Positions 34,086 to 39,399 of a stretch of DNA of 41,002 bases are shown here, one piece after another. Position 1 is the stretch's first letter. Each line of letters begins with the position of its first letter. This DNA is from Cryomorphaceae bacterium (GTDB lineage Bacteria > Bacteroidota > Bacteroidia > Flavobacteriales > Flavobacteriaceae), in assembly GCA_042091575.1 (NCBI GenBank), contig JBELHE010000001.1:1-41002 (forward strand), read 5' to 3'. The translations under genes and the position numbers were made by a program. The notes beneath the pieces were generated by a model that was not told where the DNA came from, searched no databases, and worked only from the letters and a program-made list of their open reading frames with translations.

Positions 34086-34508
34086 TTATTTCTTTAGTAA
34101 CCAGGAAGATGATTGTATTTTGTTTCCAAGCTCATCGATTAGTTTAATTTTCAACTTATTACAAATTTCAAATTCTGGAATATTTATGTTGGTTTGATCC
34201 CCTCCATTTGCAAAAAAAAGATCATATTTTTTTGAATAATTATCAAATATCAGCTTTATTGAATTACAAACACTTGAATCTTTATCTATCGAGATAAATG
34301 CTTTATCGACAATCCTAAGTTCCTCTATAATAATCTTTCTTTCATCTTCAAGCATAAATTCTTTTGTTCCCTTTAATTTTCTTTGATAATCATTGTTAAT
34401 TATTACAAACAGATAGTCCCCCTTTTCTTTAGCCATATGAAAATATTCTATATGTCCTTTATGAAGAGGATTAAAATAACCTGAAACAATTATTACTTTT
34501 TTCTTCAT
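34086..34508 (-). CDS. Small cytidylyl/adenylyltransferase of the HxGH nucleotidyltransferase family (TagD/RfaE-domain-II-like)
   Basis: 140 aa with 'VIIVSGYFNPLHKGHIEYFHMAKEKGDYLFV' (HxGH motif) and a C-terminal 'KIQSSSWLL' (ISST-like motif). The substrate cannot be told from the sequence. Confidence 0.75.
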   Translation of the reverse strand: MKKKVIIVSGYFNPLHKGHIEYFHMAKEKGDYLFVIINNDYQRKLKGTKEFMLEDERKIIIEELRIVDKAFISIDKDSSVCNSIKLIFDNYSKKYDLFFANGGDQTNINIPEFEICNKLKIKLIDELGNKIQSSSWLLKK

Positions 34509-34865
34509 TTATTGTCGTTTATAATCATCCTCAATTCTTATTATATCATCTTCACCAAAGTAGGTCCCTCTCTGCACTTCAATAAATACTAATTTATTTT
34601 TACCAGTATTTTTAATTCTGTGCTTGGAACCTGTTTTAATTTGAATAGTATCGCCTTCTAAGCATAAAATATCTTTACCCTCTATTGTAACAACACTCTG
34701 TCCCTGAATAATTATCCAAGTTTCATGTCTATATTTGTGAAATTGATAAGACAAACGTTGTCCAATTTCAACCTCAATTCTTTTTATTTTATACTTTTCA
34801 TTTTCATCAAGTATAAAATATCTACCCCATGGCCTTTCTTCCATATTTATAATATTATTGCTCAT
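34509..34865 (-). CDS. Stand-alone cupin matching the type II phosphomannose isomerase domain of ManC
   Basis: 118 aa with 'ERPWGRYFIL', 'LSYQFHKYRHETWIIIQG', 'GSKHRIKNTG' and 'FIEVQRGTYFGEDDIIRIEDDYKR'. These follow the C-terminal PMI domain of bifunctional GMP/PMI enzymes. No GMP domain is present. Confidence 0.8.
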   Translation of the reverse strand: MSNNIINMEERPWGRYFILDENEKYKIKRIEVEIGQRLSYQFHKYRHETWIIIQGQSVVTIEGKDILCLEGDTIQIKTGSKHRIKNTGKNKLVFIEVQRGTYFGEDDIIRIEDDYKRQ

Positions 34866-35373
34866 TTTTATTAAATAGGATTATATGCTTTCTGTCAGAT
34901 AAAAATTTTGATGCCAAATAAAAACTAACTTTTCTTTTAATTAACTCTTCAATTTTTTCCTCTAGTTGAGATATATAATCAAAGTTGAGATCTTCTCCAA
35001 TTAATAGTATTTCAATATTTCCACTATCTACTCCTTTTGCATAATCCTCAATTAAAATTATTTGTTTTACATTCCCCATTCTCTCTATTACTTTTTCAAC
35101 GATATCTTCAAGACCTAAATGTTTATAGACAACTTTTTTTAGTGTCTCATACAATGGGTGATTAATATTAACCTGATATTCAACTTTATTGTCGTTTTTA
35201 ATTTTATTTATATAGCCAGCATCATATAAATGGTTAAGTTCTTTCCTTATTGAGTTTGTAGATTCACCCATCTCTAGAGCTAATCCATTAAGATATCCTT
35301 TATTAGCTTGTGATATAAAAAACTTAATTAAAAGCCTTAGTCTGGTTTTAGATGTGATTAATTGATTTAACAT
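34855..35373 (-). CDS. Winged-helix DNA-binding protein with a nucleotidyltransferase-like C-terminal half; first gene of the locus
   Basis: 172 aa. 'SKTRLRLLIKFFISQANKGYLNGLALEMGESTNSIRKELNHLYDAGYI' is ArsR/MarR-like wHTH. 'VKQIILIEDYAKGVDSGNIEILLIG' resembles a minimal NTase fold motif. Confidence 0.55.
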   Translation of the reverse strand: MLNQLITSKTRLRLLIKFFISQANKGYLNGLALEMGESTNSIRKELNHLYDAGYINKIKNDNKVEYQVNINHPLYETLKKVVYKHLGLEDIVEKVIERMGNVKQIILIEDYAKGVDSGNIEILLIGEDLNFDYISQLEEKIEELIKRKVSFYLASKFLSDRKHIILFNKNEQ

Positions 35374-35383
35374 AAAAATTTAA

Positions 35384-35423
35384 TCAAGTACCAAAAGTAC
35401 TTAATTATTAGCAATTTTGCAAC
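35384..35423 (-). promoter_or_regulatory. Candidate promoter/operator of the locus-head regulator gene
   Basis: An imperfect palindrome TCAAGTAC-caaaa-GTACTTAA lies at 35384..35404, 11 nt upstream of the ATG at 35373. On the minus strand it contains TACTTTTG (35392..35399), which fits TAnnTTTG. A gTTG sits 20 nt further upstream (35420..35423). The region is AT-rich, so this could be chance. Confidence 0.25.
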
Positions 35424-35435
35424 TTATTGTTAATT

Positions 35436-35468
35436 ATTGGTTTTTATAACTTTATGATGTTATTTTTG
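35436..35468 (+). promoter_or_regulatory. Candidate Bacteroidota-type promoter for the WecA-family gene
   Basis: TATTTTTG at 35461..35468 fits TAnnTTTG and ends 37 nt upstream of the ATG at 35506. An aTTG at 35436..35439 lies 21 nt upstream of the -7 box. Confidence 0.3.
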
Positions 35469-35505
35469 TTCGTCAAAGATTTATAGGAAATTATTTTATT
35501 AACTT

Positions 35506-36444
35506 ATGAATATGATTATACAGATTATAGCGGCATCATCATTATTATCTCTCGTTCTTACTTATCAAACTCAAAAATATTATTTGAAAAATAAAATTTT
35601 TGATGCTATTAATGAGAGATCCTCACATAATGTATTAGCAACTAGATCTGGAGGTATTGCAATCTTTCTTACTTTATTTTTATCAGCAATCTATTATTAT
35701 TTTTATGAAGTTGAAATTTTTGATTACTCATTAATAATACCACTTAGCCTTTTACTAGTTGTTGGACTTTATGATGATATTTATACTGTAGATTTTAAAC
35801 TAAAACTTTTATTTCAAATTATTACAGCAAAAATTTTAATTGATAATGGTTTTATCATAGATAATTTTCATGGTTTTCTTGGTATAGAAGATTTAAACAG
35901 AATTATTGCTCAACTCTTCTCTGTTTTTATAATTGTAGCAATAATAAATTCAATTAATTTTATTGATGGTATAGACGGGCTTGCCGCTCTTGTAGTATCT
36001 CTATTTATAGTTTCATATGAGTTTTTTTCTATGTACGATACGACTTATAATAACTTATCGTTAATTATAGTTGCTTCAATATTACCTTTTCTTTATTTTA
36101 ATATCTTTTCAAAGAATAAAGTTTTTTTAGGAGATTCTGGTTCACTTTTTTTAGGTGGTGTTGTAAGCATAATGGTTCTTAATATACTCTCAAATGATTA
36201 CGTCATAAAAGAGGAATATGATGTAAATAAAATACTTTATGTTATATCTATTTTAAGTTATCCAATTATTGATATTATCAGAGTGTTTTGTTTAAGAATA
36301 TTCAATGGAAAATCTCCGTTTCAAGCAGATAAGAATCATATACATCATATTCTTTTAGATAAATTTAAAAGTCACATTCGAACTTCTTTTTTTATAATAT
36401 CCGTTTCATTAATTATTACAATTCTATTTCAAATTTTATTATAA
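35506..36444 (+). CDS. wecA: Polyprenyl-phosphate N-acetylhexosamine-1-phosphate transferase (WecA/MraY family initiating enzyme)
   Basis: 312 aa and polytopic. It has 'NERSSH...ATRSGGIAIF', 'GLYDDIYTVDFKLK' (DDxxD region), 'INFIDGIDGLA' (NxxDGxDGLA) and 'DKNHIHHIL'. Confidence 0.85.
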   Translation: MNMIIQIIAASSLLSLVLTYQTQKYYLKNKIFDAINERSSHNVLATRSGGIAIFLTLFLSAIYYYFYEVEIFDYSLIIPLSLLLVVGLYDDIYTVDFKLKLLFQIITAKILIDNGFIIDNFHGFLGIEDLNRIIAQLFSVFIIVAIINSINFIDGIDGLAALVVSLFIVSYEFFSMYDTTYNNLSLIIVASILPFLYFNIFSKNKVFLGDSGSLFLGGVVSIMVLNILSNDYVIKEEYDVNKILYVISILSYPIIDIIRVFCLRIFNGKSPFQADKNHIHHILLDKFKSHIRTSFFIISVSLIITILFQILL

Positions 36445-36559
36445 TCTTATTTGTGAATCTATAATTATATTTATTTAATATAAAGTTTTACAAGCTTTCA
36501 AAGATTCAGGTTAACGAGCTCTTTATAAAATATTTTATTAGTTTTATAAAAATTTAAAA

Positions 36560-37057
36560 ATGAGATTTAAAATTTTTTTAGCATTAATTACTTTATATTC
36601 ATGTGGTAGTCCTGAGAATTGTGAAACAGAGATTATAGACGGTTTAGTTTATAAAAATGAAAAATTATATACAGGAAAATGCGCATTTTATGATGATAAC
36701 AATGGTAAAATGATAAGTTCCCATGAATATAATGATGGAAAGTTTCATGGAACATGGAAATTTTATTTTCCAAATGGTCAACTAGAAACAAAAGGGAAAT
36801 TCGATAATGGGGTTAGAGTTGGTGTATGGAATTATTATCATGAAAATGGTGAGAAGAGTCAGGTATCAAAATATCTAAATGGTGAAAAAAATGGTGTTTG
36901 GAAAGTATATGATGAAAATGGAAATCTTACTATAGAGCAGGAGTGGAATGAAGGAGTGGCAGTAATAGATACAACTAGATTAAACAATAATTATCAAGAG
37001 ATAAAAATTGATGGGTATGATGTAAAGCCTATTTTAATTGATCCTAATTCAGATTAA
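36560..37057 (+). CDS. Lipoprotein with MORN-variant (YwqK-like) repeats
   Basis: 165 aa. The signal peptide ends in the lipobox-like 'LITLYSC'. Repeated G-x-W-x-x-Y-x-x-NG units follow (HGTWKFYFPNGQ, VGVWNYYHENGE, NGVWKVYDENGN). Confidence 0.8.
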   Translation: MRFKIFLALITLYSCGSPENCETEIIDGLVYKNEKLYTGKCAFYDDNNGKMISSHEYNDGKFHGTWKFYFPNGQLETKGKFDNGVRVGVWNYYHENGEKSQVSKYLNGEKNGVWKVYDENGNLTIEQEWNEGVAVIDTTRLNNNYQEIKIDGYDVKPILIDPNSD

Positions 37058-38064
37058 TTACAAAAATTATTGTATGCTGAAATAGATCCACCTGCAAATC
37101 CTAGTTTACTTGATTTTAGTAAATAATCACACCCCTTAGATAGACTATCCAATTCAATAAGCAATATTCCTTTATAGAATTCTGATTTACCGTCATTAAT
37201 TTCAAACTCATCTATTACTTTAGAGAAATAATTGAGTGCATTTTCATATTTTTCTGCTAAATAATATGAAATAGCTGCATTTTCATAGTATGCATATTCA
37301 AATTCTGCTCTTTCTATTGCAAACTCATAATGATCCGCAGCTGTTAAATATTTCTCATCTTCAAAAAATTGATCAGCTAAATTTGCAAATGCTGATCCAA
37401 GAGATAAATCTTGCAAATCGGACTTAGAGATGACTCTAATTCCATCTAAAACTCTTTTATCAAAATTAGGGAATTGATTTTCAAAACGAGGAATTAGTTC
37501 AAGTATTTCTGGATCTTGAGGTCCTACTATTTGATATCTGGAATCTAAATATCCTAACCAATGACTACTATTTGTTGGATCTATTTCAAGTAATAATTCA
37601 AAGGACTCTTTTAATTCTAGAGTATCTTTTCTTTGAATCAAGGTTTTAAAAAATATATCCCTATGTACATTATTGTTAGGTATGCCACTAAAGGCATCCT
37701 TAGCATAGTAATATGCGCTATCAAATTCTTCAATATCAAAATATAAATACCCAAGCTGTGCCTGTGGTGATTTTATATATGGGTTATCTTTAATAGCATC
37801 GAAAAATAATCTTTTTGCAATATTTATTGAATCCTCATTTCTGTAATATCTGCCCACTAACATCTTTACAGGCTGTGTTGGACCAGAAAGCGTAGGAAAA
37901 TCAACATCAACTTTTATAGCATCAGATAATGAATACCTGTGCATCCCTTCATTAAGGTCTGCAATAAGATATGGCTGAATCTGTGAGGAGATAAAAGCCT
38001 TATAATTAATAAATAACATTAAAATAATGGTTATTGTAATAAATAAAATTTTTAAAACTCTCAT
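37054..38064 (-). CDS. Membrane-anchored TPR-repeat protein
   Basis: 336 aa with an N-terminal hydrophobic helix 'ILFITITIILMLFINY'. Several 34-aa A/Y/F-patterned helical repeats follow (for example 'YLTAADHYEFAIERAEFEYAYYENAAISYYLAEKYENALNYFSKVIDE'). Confidence 0.7.
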   Translation of the reverse strand: MRVLKILFITITIILMLFINYKAFISSQIQPYLIADLNEGMHRYSLSDAIKVDVDFPTLSGPTQPVKMLVGRYYRNEDSINIAKRLFFDAIKDNPYIKSPQAQLGYLYFDIEEFDSAYYYAKDAFSGIPNNNVHRDIFFKTLIQRKDTLELKESFELLLEIDPTNSSHWLGYLDSRYQIVGPQDPEILELIPRFENQFPNFDKRVLDGIRVISKSDLQDLSLGSAFANLADQFFEDEKYLTAADHYEFAIERAEFEYAYYENAAISYYLAEKYENALNYFSKVIDEFEINDGKSEFYKGILLIELDSLSKGCDYLLKSSKLGFAGGSISAYNNFCN

Positions 38065-39323
38065 TATTTGAAATTAGATTTAGAGGTTTGCAGTAAAGCC
38101 ACAAGAGTAAACAACAAAAAGATATGGTTTACAGGTCTTGCTATAGGAAAGTTTAGCATAGAATCAATAAAAATTGCAGATATAATTAATAAATATATCA
38201 AGTTTAAATTGTCTAAAACACTGTCTTTTAATTTTATTACTATACGATATATAGGAATAAGATAAATCATAAGATATGTTAATCCACCTATAATTCCTAT
38301 TTCTGCAAATATTTGTAAAAAATCATTGTGAACATGGTATGGGACTGTATATCCAACAACTGAGTCCCCAGCATATTGAATTGACTTAATCTTCCAGTTA
38401 CCAACACCTATTCCTAATATAGGATATTGCATTATACTTTTAACAGCATCAGAATAATAGCCTAAACGTTCATTAATGGAGTCATCCTCAGTGTTTAAGC
38501 TAATTGAGCTTATTCTAGAGGTGATTTCATCAGGATTTTCAGTATTAAAAGTTGAATTCACAAAAAAATAACCAATCGACATAACAGCTAATATTGGAAT
38601 AGAACTTTTAACAAATTTTTTAAAGTTAAAGAGCATCACAACTAAAGTTAATAAGCCCAAAGACAGAAAAGCTGATCTAGTTAATAAAATAAATAATGCT
38701 GAAAATGCAACGAACAATAGTACGTATGATAGATAGATTAACCTCTTTTCCTTATATGTATATATAATTAAATACACTACCATTATTTTTGATACTATAG
38801 AGTTAGCCGCAATATTTATATTACCAGTGAAGGTTCTCAGCAAAAAGTTGTTTCTCTCAAAAGTTTCACCATTAAATAAGACTCTATCTAAAGCATTATA
38901 TAATATTGATGAACTTTCAATAAAAAGAGCGGTTACAGAAAAAATTATAAAATACTTTAGAAAAATTTTACCAGTTAATTTGGCAATAGAGAAAATAAAT
39001 ATAAATGACAACAAATATGTAAAATATCGAGAAAAAGCAATAACTGATTCACTAAAGTTATTTGCAAAAAATACCGAGAACAAACATATTAAAATGAAAA
39101 AAGAATAACATTTAGCAATTTTGTCTTTTAAAGCACAGTCAACACTTATCAAGAGTAAATTATTTCTTAATAAATATATAAATGATAAAGTATTTAATAT
39201 ACTTAGAAATAGAAATTGAGGAACTATTCTGTCCCACGATAAGTATAAATTAAATGTTGCTTCCGAAATTAAAAAAACGAAGAAATATAGACTTAGTATA
39301 ACTGCGTGGAAAACATTTTTCAT
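38064..39323 (-). CDS. O-antigen ligase/polymerase family membrane protein (Wzy_C domain)
   Basis: 419 aa with about 10-12 TM helices. A periplasmic-loop block 'GVGNWKIKS...YHVHNDFLQIFAEIGIIGG' matches the Wzy_C/WaaL signature (G.G......H.HN.yL....e.GiiG). Confidence 0.75.
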   Translation of the reverse strand: MKNVFHAVILSLYFFVFLISEATFNLYLSWDRIVPQFLFLSILNTLSFIYLLRNNLLLISVDCALKDKIAKCYSFFILICLFSVFFANNFSESVIAFSRYFTYLLSFIFIFSIAKLTGKIFLKYFIIFSVTALFIESSSILYNALDRVLFNGETFERNNFLLRTFTGNINIAANSIVSKIMVVYLIIYTYKEKRLIYLSYVLLFVAFSALFILLTRSAFLSLGLLTLVVMLFNFKKFVKSSIPILAVMSIGYFFVNSTFNTENPDEITSRISSISLNTEDDSINERLGYYSDAVKSIMQYPILGIGVGNWKIKSIQYAGDSVVGYTVPYHVHNDFLQIFAEIGIIGGLTYLMIYLIPIYRIVIKLKDSVLDNLNLIYLLIISAIFIDSMLNFPIARPVNHIFLLFTLVALLQTSKSNFK

Positions 39324-39340
39324 TTTTTAGTATATAAGTA

Positions 39341-39374
39341 TAAAAATAAAAAAACCCTCCATAAAGGAGGGTTT
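39341..39374 (-). terminator. Rho-independent terminator downstream of the Thr/Ala-rich protein gene
   Basis: The minus strand reads AAACCCTCC-tttat-GGAGGGTTT, a 9-bp stem with arms at 39366..39374 and 39352..39360. It is followed directly by TTTTATTTTTA. The element begins 25 nt after the stop codon at 39400..39402. Confidence 0.8.
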
Positions 39375-39399
39375 AATTTATACAAAGTTATTAGTTAAA

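Noticed and set aside
34086-34508. Naming the 140-aa HxGH enzyme specifically as glycerol-3-phosphate cytidylyltransferase (TagD), which would imply a teichoic-acid-like glycerol phosphate substituent.
   Set aside because: The HxGH and ISST-like motifs are shared by TagD, the RfaE adenylyltransferase domain, FAD synthetase-like and other family members. No CDP-glycerol glycerophosphotransferase is clearly present, so the substrate is left open.
10314-39108. Seventeen plus-strand ORFs of 60-97 aa from the ORF track: 10314..10580, 10911..11114, 11852..12067, 13326..13553, 22862..23092, 23526..23744, 24158..24382, 26479..26721, 26702..26884, 29129..29320, 30746..31009, 32236..32430, 33240..33479, 33498..33791, 33798..34046, 38068..38265 and 38827..39108.
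   Set aside because: Each lies entirely (or, for 10314..10580 and 26479..26721, across a junction) antisense to longer minus-strand genes with clear family motifs. Their Phe/Ile/Leu/Ser/Lys-rich, low-complexity translations are what antisense frames of AT-rich genes produce. None has a recognisable motif or its own upstream region.
39375-39399. A TAACTTTG (TAnnTTTG-like) box on the minus strand between the Thr/Ala-rich gene stop and the terminator hairpin, considered as a promoter for the Wzy_C-family gene.
   Set aside because: A transcript starting there would run immediately into the strong terminator hairpin. The match is an AT-rich octamer likely to occur by chance.
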